Shown here: positions 8,676-17,783 of the stretch, piece after piece | How the letters are laid out: every line of letters starts with the position of its first letter | How positions within the stretch are numbered: the first letter of the stretch is position 1 | Source: Candidatus Krumholzibacteriota bacterium | GTDB lineage: Bacteria; Krumholzibacteriota; Krumholzibacteriia; Krumholzibacteriales; Krumholzibacteriaceae | Length of the DNA stretch: 64,000 nt | Direction: 5' to 3' | NCBI GenBank assembly: GCA_030609325.1 | Contig: JAUWCL010000009.1 | Span: 4,818-68,817, forward strand | Notes under the pieces: model-generated | The model's database searches: none | Seen by the model: only the letters and a program-made list of their open reading frames with translations | What the model was told of the DNA's origin: nothing | Position numbers and translations under genes: made by a program

Positions 8676-10367
8676 TCAGTTCGCCGCAAATTTCTTCTCT
8701 ATCTCGAACTCGGGCACGATATCGACGGGCAGGCGTGCTTTCCTCAGCTTCAGCAGCGACGCCTCGACATCTGCGTCCATCTTCCCGTACTTTTCCAGAA
8801 GTCCCTTCGCCGCTTCGTAGTCGCCGAGGGCCTGGATCATCAGTATCTTCGCGGAGAGATCCTTCACAGCATCGCGCGTCCCGTCCATATCGACGGACCA
8901 GCGCCCGCTCTTCGGGTCGAAGGAGTAGACACCCTTTTCTCTCATGTAGTTGAAGATGACCATGTTCGCCCTTCCGTGGGCCGACTCGGCCCCGAAACGG
9001 ACGGAGCGGAAGAAACCGGCGAGAAAGGTGACCGCCACGTCCTTTTCAAGCTCGCGGCCGAAGAACCCCTCATCAATAAGATAATAAATGTTATACTCGC
9101 CCACAATATCAGCTTTCGCTTCCTCGACGGATGAGTGGACCTCCTTCAGAGCCTTCTGCGCGGTAGTCTCGGTGCCGTCTTCGAGGGTGATCCTGCCCGG
9201 CCCGAGGCCGTGGGAGAACTCGTGCAGCAGGATGTGGTTGTAGCAGGCGTCGAAGGTCACGTGCTTCAGCTGGTCCTCGGCGATGAGAAGCTCGGCAATC
9301 GGCATGAGGATCTTGTCGAACTTCGCGTGGATGATGTTGCGGAGCATGACCTTCTTGCTCCCCTTTGCCTCATGCACCCTCTCGTCGTTGGGCAGGTTGA
9401 AGGCGAGGGTCTGCACGCCGGCCTTCGTGTCGCCGGCGGAGAAGACCTCGTCGACTACCGAGATCGGCGACTCGGTCCCGCGCTCGAGGTTCTTGTGCTC
9501 CTCGGGAATCGGCAGGTTCTTCTCCATCCTGACGAGATATTTCTTCAGCCCGTCGAGCCGCTTGCTCTCCTTCGGATCCCGGATGCATACGAACGCCTCG
9601 AAGGCGGCCTTGTAGTTGAAGAGTTTGTCCTCGTAGACCTCGTACGGACCGATGGTGACGTCGATCAGGTTGTCGGCAACGTCCATCCAGTCCATATCGC
9701 TCTGGAAGTAGTCGTTCGAACCGAAGGCGTCTGCGCGGGAGCGCAGGAATTTCGCCAGCGACTCGTTTGCCGTGAAGTCGGCCGCGCGGCGCAGGTATCG
9801 CGCGGCATCGTCGAGCAGCTCCTTGTACTCCTTCGAGTAGGGAATTGCTGTGAGCTCGCCCTTTTTCTCCCCCCGCCTTATCACGGTGAATGTTCCCTCG
9901 AACGCCTCGCGGTCAACGGCACGCTTCGCGATCCATTCCTCGAATTCTTTCTTCGTCATGTCTATCGGGTAGAACTCCGCGCCATCAGGCTTGAGGATCC
10001 TGCCGATGAAGGGCTCGTTTTCCTCAATGCGGTCCCAGGGACCGAAATTGATCTTGAAGAACTTGAGCTCTTTCATCTTGTCCTTGCCGATCAGCGCCTT
10101 GCGCAGCCCGACGTTCCCCTTCCAGACCTGCCTGAGAAAGATCTCGTCCATGACTACGGCCGCCCTGTAGATGTTCTCCAGCGCGGCGGTCTCGTTCTTG
10201 TCGAGAAGCTCCCAGGGCACCGAGATCTTCACCGGCGCGTAGACGGCGAGCCTCGCCTCGATCGGCTTGTCGCTCTGTGCGGACACGGTATCTCCTCCCC
10301 CGGCGATGGCGACCAGGCAGGCTGCCGCGACGAATACTGCCGCGGCAGCTGAAAATGCCCTCTTCAT
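8676..10367 (-). CDS. secreted Zn-dependent peptidase, DPP III (M49)-like
   Basis: Signal peptide (MKRAFSAAAAVFVAAACLVAIAGG), HEXXH (LLHEFSHGLG) and downstream EEAKAD second zinc motif. Confidence 0.5.
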   Translation of the reverse strand: MKRAFSAAAAVFVAAACLVAIAGGGDTVSAQSDKPIEARLAVYAPVKISVPWELLDKNETAALENIYRAAVVMDEIFLRQVWKGNVGLRKALIGKDKMKELKFFKINFGPWDRIEENEPFIGRILKPDGAEFYPIDMTKKEFEEWIAKRAVDREAFEGTFTVIRRGEKKGELTAIPYSKEYKELLDDAARYLRRAADFTANESLAKFLRSRADAFGSNDYFQSDMDWMDVADNLIDVTIGPYEVYEDKLFNYKAAFEAFVCIRDPKESKRLDGLKKYLVRMEKNLPIPEEHKNLERGTESPISVVDEVFSAGDTKAGVQTLAFNLPNDERVHEAKGSKKVMLRNIIHAKFDKILMPIAELLIAEDQLKHVTFDACYNHILLHEFSHGLGPGRITLEDGTETTAQKALKEVHSSVEEAKADIVGEYNIYYLIDEGFFGRELEKDVAVTFLAGFFRSVRFGAESAHGRANMVIFNYMREKGVYSFDPKSGRWSVDMDGTRDAVKDLSAKILMIQALGDYEAAKGLLEKYGKMDADVEASLLKLRKARLPVDIVPEFEIEKKFAAN

Positions 10368-10544
10368 GTCTTTCCTCCTGCGTTAAAGATAATATTAGCC
10401 GGATGATTATCGCAAAATATGACACGTCAATCAAGCAGGAGTCTTCCCGGCCACTCTCTTTCCCGTTTCGCCTTGACGGTCTCCGCCGGCCGGTGATAGC
10501 GTGGACCGGTCCATATCACTACCCGAAATCGAAAGGAGCAGGGC

Positions 10545-11774
10545 ATGCTCGAGGATATCTACGGAAAGATCGACGGCTACGGCAACGCGATGAAGGACCT
10601 GCAGTCGAAGCTCACCGCCATTCCCGCCCTCGGACCGGAGAACGACGGTGTCGGCGAGGCGGAGAAGGCGGAATTCCTCGAGAAGTGGATGGCCGACGAG
10701 ATCGGCTTCGACACCGTCGAGCACTACGACGCGCCCGACGACAGGGTTCCGGCCGGGATGAGGCCCAACATCGTCGCCACGGTCAAGGGTGCCTCGAGCG
10801 AGAGGAGGATCTGGGTCATGGGCCATATCGACGTCGTCCCGCCGGGAGACCTCGAGAAGTGGAACACCAATCCCTGGGAGGTCGTCGAGAAGGACGGAAA
10901 GCTCTACGGCCGCGGCACGGAGGACAACCAGCATGGAATAGTGACCCCTCTTTTCGCGCTCAAGGCGATCAAGGAGTCGGGTGCGCCGCTTCCGTACGAC
11001 ACCGGTGTCGTCTTCGTCTCGGCCGAGGAGACGGGGAGCGAGCACGGGATCGGCTACCTGCTCGAGAACAGCGATCTGTTCGGAAAGAACGACTACATCA
11101 TCGTCCCCGACGCCGGCGAGCCCGACGGAGGGATGATCGAGGTGGCGGAGAAGTCGATCTACTGGCTCAAGATCGAGACGGCCGGCAAGCAGTGCCACGC
11201 CTCGACCCCGGCGGCGGGCATCAACGCCCACTTCGCCGGCGCTCACCTCATAACGCGGCTCCACAAGCTCCACGAGATATTCCCGCAGGTCGACGATGTC
11301 TTCGATCCGCCGATCTGCACCTTCCAGTCGACGAAGAAGGAGGCGAACGTTCCCAACGTCAACACGATTCCGGGCGACGATGTCTTCTATCTCGACATGC
11401 GGGTCCTTCCCGGGATCAGCCTCGACGAGGTCGACACCGAGATCAGGAAGATCTGCAACGGGGTCGAGGAGGAGTTCGGCGTGAAGATCACCCTCTCCCC
11501 CACCCAGAAGGAAGAGGCAGCCCCCGCCACGCCCGCTGACGCTCCCGTCGTCAAGGCTCTCGCAGTTGCGATAAAGGACGTGTACGGGATAGAGGCGAAG
11601 CCGATGGGCATAGGCGGCGGGACGGTGGCCGCGTTCTTCAGGCGGGCCGGCTTCCCGGCTGTCGTCTGGTCGAAGATCGAGGACACGTGCCACCAGCCGA
11701 ACGAATACACCACCGTGGAGAACATGATCGGCGACACGAAGGTGTTCGCCAATCTCTTCCTGCAGGAGGGATAA
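10545..11774 (+). CDS. M20-family metallopeptidase/amidohydrolase (ArgE/DapE/ACY1-like)
   Basis: HIDVVP, GTEDNQHG, AEETG metal-binding blocks typical of M20. Confidence 0.8.
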   Translation: MLEDIYGKIDGYGNAMKDLQSKLTAIPALGPENDGVGEAEKAEFLEKWMADEIGFDTVEHYDAPDDRVPAGMRPNIVATVKGASSERRIWVMGHIDVVPPGDLEKWNTNPWEVVEKDGKLYGRGTEDNQHGIVTPLFALKAIKESGAPLPYDTGVVFVSAEETGSEHGIGYLLENSDLFGKNDYIIVPDAGEPDGGMIEVAEKSIYWLKIETAGKQCHASTPAAGINAHFAGAHLITRLHKLHEIFPQVDDVFDPPICTFQSTKKEANVPNVNTIPGDDVFYLDMRVLPGISLDEVDTEIRKICNGVEEEFGVKITLSPTQKEEAAPATPADAPVVKALAVAIKDVYGIEAKPMGIGGGTVAAFFRRAGFPAVVWSKIEDTCHQPNEYTTVENMIGDTKVFANLFLQEG

Positions 11775-11798
11775 GCACAGGCGGGTATTATCTTCGAA

Positions 11799-11824
11799 GG
11801 GCCGGCATCCGTGCCGGCCCTTTT
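11799..11824. terminator. intrinsic terminator between convergent genes
   Basis: Perfect 9-bp stem GGGCCGGCA / TGCCGGCCC, loop TCCG, then TTTT; abuts stop codons of both flanking genes. Confidence 0.6.
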
Positions 11825-11825
11825 A

Positions 11826-13244
11826 TCATGAAAGAACGAGCAGGCGCATCTCGCACATCTCGCGTATCGCCCAGCGCAGCCCCTCGCGGCCCGATCCCGA
11901 TTCCTTCACGCCGCCGTAAGGCATACGGTCGACCCTGAACGCGGGGATGTCGCCGGCGATCACGCCACCGACCTCGAGTGTCTCGAACGCCCGCCTTATC
12001 AGGCCGACGTTCCTCGCATAGATCCCCGCCTGGAGCCCGAACTTCGAGTCGTTGACCTCGGCGAGGGCCTCATCGAAATCATCGTAGCCGAAGACGACGG
12101 TAACGGGGCCGAAGACCTCTTCGTCGACGACCTTCATGCCGCGGCGGGCGTTTTCGATGATCGTCGGCGGGTAGAAAGCGCCATCCCTCGGCCCCCCGGC
12201 GACGACGGAGGCTCCCTCGGAAACGGCCTCGTCCACCCACTCCTCGACGCGGCGCGCCGCCGCCTCGTTTATCATCGGCCCGATACCGGTATCCTCATCG
12301 AGCGGGTCGCCTCTCTTTACGGCCGAGGCCTCCCGCACGAACTCCTCCATGAACGGGGCATAGATGCTGTTGTGGACGTATATCCTCTGCACGGAGATGC
12401 AGACCTGCCCCGAGAAGGCGTATCCGCCGGCGGCTATCCTCGCCGCCGCCCCGGCGATGTCACCCCAGTCCTCGTGGACGACGACGGCTGCATTTCCCCC
12501 GAGCTCGAGAGTGACCTTCTTCATGTACGCCCTGCGTTTCAGCTCCCAGCCGACCTCGGCGCTTCCGGTAAATGTCACCTTTGCGATCTCCGGCCTCTCG
12601 GCCAGAAGTCCCGCCTCGGCCCCGCTCATCGGCAGGACGCTCAGCGCCCCGGCGGGCAAGCCCGCCTCGATCAGTATCTCGGCAAGGAGCAGGGCGGTCA
12701 AGGGGGTCTCACTCGACGGCTTGAGGATGACGGGGCATCCCGCGGCGATCGCCGGCGCCAGCTTGTGGGCGACGAGATTGAGCGGGAAATTGAAAGGCGT
12801 GATCGCCAGCACGGGCCCGACCGGGAACCAGCCCGTCAGCCCTATCCGGCCATCGCCGGGTATCGACGTATCGAGCGGGATCGTCTCGCCGTAGAGCCGG
12901 CTGCACTCCTCCGCCGCCTCGGAGAAGGTATGGACCGCGCGGGCCGCCTCTCCCGCCGCGTACCTCATCGGCTTTCCCGACTCGAGGGCTATGAGCCCGG
13001 CCAGTTCTTTCCCGCGCCCGCCTGTCAGCGCCGAGGCCCGCCTGAGAATTCCCGCGCGCGCGCGTGTCGTCATGCCCTTCATTCGGGGAAACGATGCGAC
13101 GGCTCCCGCTACCGCCAGCTCGATCACATCGGAGGAGGGGCGGAGCGCCTCGCCCGCCACACTGCCGTCATGAGGGGACAGGACCTCGAATTTCTCGCCC
13201 TTTCCGGTCCACTCACCTGCCGCCAGGCAGAGTCTTTCCGTCAT
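11826..13244 (-). CDS. NAD(P)-dependent aldehyde dehydrogenase
   Basis: ALDH superfamily blocks (FTGSAEVG, ELGGNA catalytic Glu region, CISVQRIYV catalytic Cys region); AGGAGTGA RBS. Confidence 0.85.
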   Translation of the reverse strand: MTERLCLAAGEWTGKGEKFEVLSPHDGSVAGEALRPSSDVIELAVAGAVASFPRMKGMTTRARAGILRRASALTGGRGKELAGLIALESGKPMRYAAGEAARAVHTFSEAAEECSRLYGETIPLDTSIPGDGRIGLTGWFPVGPVLAITPFNFPLNLVAHKLAPAIAAGCPVILKPSSETPLTALLLAEILIEAGLPAGALSVLPMSGAEAGLLAERPEIAKVTFTGSAEVGWELKRRAYMKKVTLELGGNAAVVVHEDWGDIAGAAARIAAGGYAFSGQVCISVQRIYVHNSIYAPFMEEFVREASAVKRGDPLDEDTGIGPMINEAAARRVEEWVDEAVSEGASVVAGGPRDGAFYPPTIIENARRGMKVVDEEVFGPVTVVFGYDDFDEALAEVNDSKFGLQAGIYARNVGLIRRAFETLEVGGVIAGDIPAFRVDRMPYGGVKESGSGREGLRWAIREMCEMRLLVLS

Positions 13245-13326
13245 TTTTTCACTCCTGTCATTTATGGTATTCCCCCTCCCGGCGGTTACATGCTATAATA
13301 TCGCCATATTCTTCTGGAGGGGTTTT

Positions 13327-14616
13327 TTGAAGTATCTCAAACACCTTCTCGTTCTTGTCATATTTCTCATCCTGAGCTTCCTGTTCTTCAGGCTCTGCCT
13401 GGACAACGGGTTCTGGAACGGCTACGACTACGTCGGCCTCGAGAACAGTATCATGATGCACTCCGACCGCGCCGCCGCGTTCGAGAGCAATCCGCCGTTC
13501 AAGTTCCAACCTCTTGTTTACAGCATTCATTATCTTCTGTTCAAACATTTCTTCTTCGATGCATCGGGGTATTTCCTCTTCAACATACTGCTGCACGGCC
13601 TCAACTCGTTCCTCGTCTACTTCCTCGTCAACACGCTGATCCGTGACAGGGCCGTCGCCGTCCTCGCCGGGCTGCTTTTCGTCTTCACCGTGGGAAGCTA
13701 CGGCAAAACGGTGATGATTGCGTCGGGGCTGGAGGATCTCGTGATCACATTTCTCACGCTGTGCACGATGATCTGCTACTTCCACAACGAGCTCCACCGC
13801 GAGGGAAAGATCCTCTCTCCGTGGTACCTGCTCACCCTGATATTCTTCGTCGCCTCGATTTTCACGCGGAGCACGAGCTTCGCGATACTCGGCTCCTTTC
13901 TCGCCTTCAATTTCTTCTTCCGGACCGAGAGGAAAAGAAAGGTAGCCGACGCCGGGTTCGCGATCCTTCTCGTTCTGGCCATCGCCGCCCTCGTGGCCAA
14001 GGCTACGCTGTTCCACTACACGCCGCCGCTGTACAGGCAGCAACCCGGAGTCTTCATGTTCGTCTACTACGCGGCGAAGAACGTGATCAACTATCTCGTC
14101 AGGATGATCTTCCCCGTCCACACCTCCCATCTCGTGACCGGGGCGGTGCCGGCCGTGAGGTTCATCTACAAGTTCGCAACGCAGATCAGGATACTGATCG
14201 CGCTGACCGTTCTGTCCTATTCGTTCTTCGGCTTCGTCTTCGGGAACAGGACGATCAGGTTCTTCATAGCGTGGACCTATATCATGGTGCTGCCGTTCGC
14301 CTTCTTCCAGTTCCCCGGCGACTGGCTCAACATCCGGCATCTTTACCTAGTGTCCGTCGGGTTCGTCTCCGTCATCGCGTCAGGCGCGGTCTACTGCTCG
14401 CGCCTGATATCGGAGAACAGGTGGAGGAGGTTCGTACCGCTGGTCGTGCCCGTCGCGTTCATCCTGCTGTCGAGGTTCATCGTGGTGCAGCTCGACAGCA
14501 GCTACCGCGTCAAGGCAGCGAGCCCGATCATAGCGGAGTACAGGAAGAACCTGGCGGAAATGTTCGACGACGTATATGTCGACGGCGACAGCCTGAAGAT
14601 GCGCCGTAACCCCTGA
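13327..14616 (+). CDS. polytopic membrane protein, possible GT-C-type glycosyltransferase
   Basis: Roughly 11 predicted TM helices. Start is proposed at TTG 13327 (RBS GGAGGGG 6 nt upstream, extended -10 TGcTATAAT at 13291-13299) rather than the track's ATG 13264, which would leave only 19 bp for two divergent promoters. Confidence 0.45.
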   Translation: MKYLKHLLVLVIFLILSFLFFRLCLDNGFWNGYDYVGLENSIMMHSDRAAAFESNPPFKFQPLVYSIHYLLFKHFFFDASGYFLFNILLHGLNSFLVYFLVNTLIRDRAVAVLAGLLFVFTVGSYGKTVMIASGLEDLVITFLTLCTMICYFHNELHREGKILSPWYLLTLIFFVASIFTRSTSFAILGSFLAFNFFFRTERKRKVADAGFAILLVLAIAALVAKATLFHYTPPLYRQQPGVFMFVYYAAKNVINYLVRMIFPVHTSHLVTGAVPAVRFIYKFATQIRILIALTVLSYSFFGFVFGNRTIRFFIAWTYIMVLPFAFFQFPGDWLNIRHLYLVSVGFVSVIASGAVYCSRLISENRWRRFVPLVVPVAFILLSRFIVVQLDSSYRVKAASPIIAEYRKNLAEMFDDVYVDGDSLKMRRNP

Positions 14617-14620
14617 CCGG

Positions 14621-15943
14621 TCAGGAGAGTCCGTTCTCTTCCGTAAGTATCGTCACCCGCGCCTTCCGCTCCAGCCTGCCGACATCCCTCATGCGAAGTC
14701 TCACGGTGAATATCACGGCCTCGTCCTCTAAGGTCCTTTCGATGACCTGACCGGTATCCTCGACCAGCGCAACCGTCTTTCCGTCTGCGGCGGGAACCAT
14801 CACCCGCGCGAGCGTTGTGCCTCGCCTCATCTGCCGGTCGACTGCTTCTAGCAGCCCTCCGGTGCCCTCGCCATTCGCCGAGCTTATCAGGACGGCCTCG
14901 GGATATCTCTGCTCAAGCAGCGACGACTCTTCGGGCTCAAGAAGGTCGGCCTTGTTCAGGACGAGCAGGGTGGGGATAGATCCCTCGTTTCCCTTCGGTG
15001 CCCGGTCGTCGAGTACCCTGTGCAGGACGTCGTTTACAACGGATATCTTCTCCGCGCACCGCGGCGAAGAGGAGTCGACGAGGTGCATCAGCAGGTCAGC
15101 CTCTTCGACGTCGAGCAGCGTGGCGTGAAAGCTCGCGACGAGATGAGCGGGGAGCTTCCTGATGAATCCGATCGTGTCGGTCAGGAGGAAGTCCCCTCCG
15201 CCGGGCAGTTCGACCCGCCTGGTCGTCGAATCGAGCGTGGAGAAGAGGCGACCGCTCTCGAGGACATCGCTCCCCGAGAGCCTGTTGAGCAGAGTGGATT
15301 TACCGGCGTTCGTGTAGCCGACGATCGTGACGTTGAACAGTTTTCCCCTGTTCTTGCGCCTCTCCTTCGTACGGCTCTCTATCTTTGCCAGCTCGCGCTT
15401 GAGCGCAGCGATCCTCTCCCGGACCTTCCGCCGGTCGACCTCGAGCTGCGTCTCGCCGGGACCCTTGGTACCTATACCGCCAGCCTGTCTCGACAGGTGG
15501 TCCCACAGGCGCCGCAGCCTCGGCAGGGCGTATGTGAGCTGGGCGATCTCGACCTGGATCCGCGCCTGCCTCGTCATGGCCCCCTTCGAGAATATATCGA
15601 GGATCAGCTCTGTTCTGTCGATGACGTTGACGCCGACGCGCTTCTCTATGTTGCGCGCCTGAGCGGGCGTGAGGTCGTCGTCGAATATTACGAGGTCGAT
15701 CCCCTTGTCCGCGACGGCGTCGACGAGCTCCACGAGCTTTCCCTTTCCGATGTATGTCGAACCGTCGAGCCTCGTGCGCTGCTGGATGATCGAACCCGAG
15801 ACGGTTGCACCGGCGGTCGTTGCGAGGAGCTCGAGCTCGGCGACGTTTTCCTGCTCGTCCTCGAAGGTCGAGCCGGGGAGCTTCACGCCTACGAGGAAAG
15901 CGGTCTCGTCGGGACTTTTCGGAGGATGAGTGTAGAAAGCCAT
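14621..15943 (-). CDS. hflX: GTPase HflX
   Basis: HflX N-domain plus G1 (GYTNAGKST), G3 (DTIGF), G4 (NKAD) motifs. Confidence 0.9.
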   Translation of the reverse strand: MAFYTHPPKSPDETAFLVGVKLPGSTFEDEQENVAELELLATTAGATVSGSIIQQRTRLDGSTYIGKGKLVELVDAVADKGIDLVIFDDDLTPAQARNIEKRVGVNVIDRTELILDIFSKGAMTRQARIQVEIAQLTYALPRLRRLWDHLSRQAGGIGTKGPGETQLEVDRRKVRERIAALKRELAKIESRTKERRKNRGKLFNVTIVGYTNAGKSTLLNRLSGSDVLESGRLFSTLDSTTRRVELPGGGDFLLTDTIGFIRKLPAHLVASFHATLLDVEEADLLMHLVDSSSPRCAEKISVVNDVLHRVLDDRAPKGNEGSIPTLLVLNKADLLEPEESSLLEQRYPEAVLISSANGEGTGGLLEAVDRQMRRGTTLARVMVPAADGKTVALVEDTGQVIERTLEDEAVIFTVRLRMRDVGRLERKARVTILTEENGLS

Positions 15944-15944
15944 G

Positions 15945-17783
15945 TTATCTGAGGAGGATCACCCGCCTGGTAAGCGACCTCTCGCCGATCTGCAGCCTGC
16001 AGTAGTAAACGCCAGGCGAGACCTTCTTGCCGGTCTCGTCCTTCCCGTCCCAGCCGAGTGTGTGCTCGCCGGGATGCAGTACCTCGTCGGCGAGGACCGT
16101 GCGTACAAGCCGCCCCTTGACATCGAAGACCCTGATGGAACCTGTCCCCGGCTGCGCGGCAGAGGATCTGTCCTTCATGTGCCTCGACGGCTCGTGGACG
16201 AAAATACCGATCGTGAGGTCACCGGCGAAGGGGTTCGGGAAGAGCCTGATGCTGCCATCAGGCAGCCTGCCCGGCTGCAGGCCGTCCTCTCCGGCGAAGC
16301 GCTGCAGCTCCTCCTCTCCTATATATGACGTGAATATCGTTCCGTCCGTCAGTTGTCCCTCGATGGCGAACGGTCCTGAGGAGGCAGTCTTCTCGCCGAG
16401 AGCTATCACGATCCTTCCGCCGACCGTCTCGAAATCCTCTGTCCGTTCCCCCGCCACCCTGAGCCATTCGATCTCCTCGCCCTCGATCGCGGGCAGGTCG
16501 ACCGATACTGCGGGTCGCTTCTCTCCCTGAACCCACACGGGCGCGAGCGCCGCGTCGACCGAAATGCGGACCGCCTTTCTGGCGGGAACGACCCATCTCA
16601 TCGCACCGCCGCCCGGGAGGGCCGGTCCCTCCCAGGTCTCGCGTGCCCTCGAAATATTTCTCATCAGGGCCGCATGGTCTTTCCCGAAAACGATCGCCCA
16701 TTCGAGCTCCACCCTGTCTCCGGGGTAGATATCCCCCGCCGGCCCGAACCTATGGACCAGTACGACGTCCCCCGCAGCGGCTTCGACCAGGACGATCTCC
16801 CCACTCCCGATCCCCGGCAGCAACTCGTCACCTTCCATATCGAGCGGAGCCGGCTCTCCGCCGAGCACGCGGCAGGCATCCTGCCCTCTGCTCCACAGCG
16901 AATCCACGTGTCTCTGCCCGTTACGGCCCTCGGCGCCGGCGGTCAGCGGCCCGTCCGGCATGGTTGCGCGGAAAATCACTACCGCGGCAAGTGGTCCGTC
17001 TCCGCCCTCGTCCGCCGCGGCCGCGACGGCCCGTGCCGTTCGCCCGCCCTCTTCAGGACGGTCCTGCAGAAAGAAGATCCTGTCGTCGCGCCCCCGGCCG
17101 GCATCGTCCCTGTCCCCGATCTCGAAATCTATGTAGTGGATCAGCTCGAATCGTCTCAGGACCACGTCCTCGCCCTTGGGAGGCAGATATTCTATCGTCG
17201 TCGAAACCCCGATGAAATCCCTGACGTGTCCGTAATTCCAGAAGTGGTGTCTTCGGGTGACCGTGATCCCGAACCTCGGCTCGCGCGCGCTGGTGACGTA
17301 CATCCTGTCCCCCACGGCAGCATAATCCTCGTCGATCACACCGTCGCCGTCGTTATCGCGCCCGTCGAGGGGATCCTCATCGATCACACCGTCGCCGTCG
17401 TCGTCACACCCTTCGGCCGGGTATCTCGTCCCCCCCCGGCAGCCTTCCGCCGCTCCGGCTATCCCCTGACCCTGCAGCGCCGATTCGAAATCGCCCGGCC
17501 CCAGGAGCACCGCGGTCTCCTCATCGCCCGCGACGAATCTCAGCAGGAGACCGCCGCCGCCGAGGAACTCTGTTCCTCCCGTCCCCGGCCATCTCAGGCC
17601 GAGCTTGAGCCGGCCCGACTCGATCTCCCTGAAATATCCACTGCCGTCGAGACAGACGGCGATCCGGCCGGCGCCTGTGACCGAAAGCGCCTCGTCTCCC
17701 GGCTCCTCGGCACGGCCCGGCGTCAGCGCCGCAAGCACGGCGAGCGTCACCGCGGCCGTTTTGAACCTCTGCGAGTTCATCAC
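15945..17783 (-). CDS. secreted protein with Ca-binding DxDGDGVIDED repeats and C-terminal T9SS/FlgD-Ig-like sorting domain
   Basis: Signal peptide, tandem DNDGDGVIDED repeats, C-terminus ..IRVFDVKGRLVRTVLADEVLHPGEHTLGWDGKDETGKKVSPGVYYCRLQ.. matching Por-secretion / FlgD-Ig C-terminal domains; stop overlaps gyrA by 4 nt. Confidence 0.65.
   Translation of the reverse strand: MMNSQRFKTAAVTLAVLAALTPGRAEEPGDEALSVTGAGRIAVCLDGSGYFREIESGRLKLGLRWPGTGGTEFLGGGGLLLRFVAGDEETAVLLGPGDFESALQGQGIAGAAEGCRGGTRYPAEGCDDDGDGVIDEDPLDGRDNDGDGVIDEDYAAVGDRMYVTSAREPRFGITVTRRHHFWNYGHVRDFIGVSTTIEYLPPKGEDVVLRRFELIHYIDFEIGDRDDAGRGRDDRIFFLQDRPEEGGRTARAVAAAADEGGDGPLAAVVIFRATMPDGPLTAGAEGRNGQRHVDSLWSRGQDACRVLGGEPAPLDMEGDELLPGIGSGEIVLVEAAAGDVVLVHRFGPAGDIYPGDRVELEWAIVFGKDHAALMRNISRARETWEGPALPGGGAMRWVVPARKAVRISVDAALAPVWVQGEKRPAVSVDLPAIEGEEIEWLRVAGERTEDFETVGGRIVIALGEKTASSGPFAIEGQLTDGTIFTSYIGEEELQRFAGEDGLQPGRLPDGSIRLFPNPFAGDLTIGIFVHEPSRHMKDRSSAAQPGTGSIRVFDVKGRLVRTVLADEVLHPGEHTLGWDGKDETGKKVSPGVYYCRLQIGERSLTRRVILLR

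Noticed and set aside
10431-11693. 420-aa minus-strand ORF (and 10277..11539 plus-strand alternative frame)
   Set aside because: Overlap the M20 peptidase, which has clear metal-binding blocks; R/D/G-rich junk translations.
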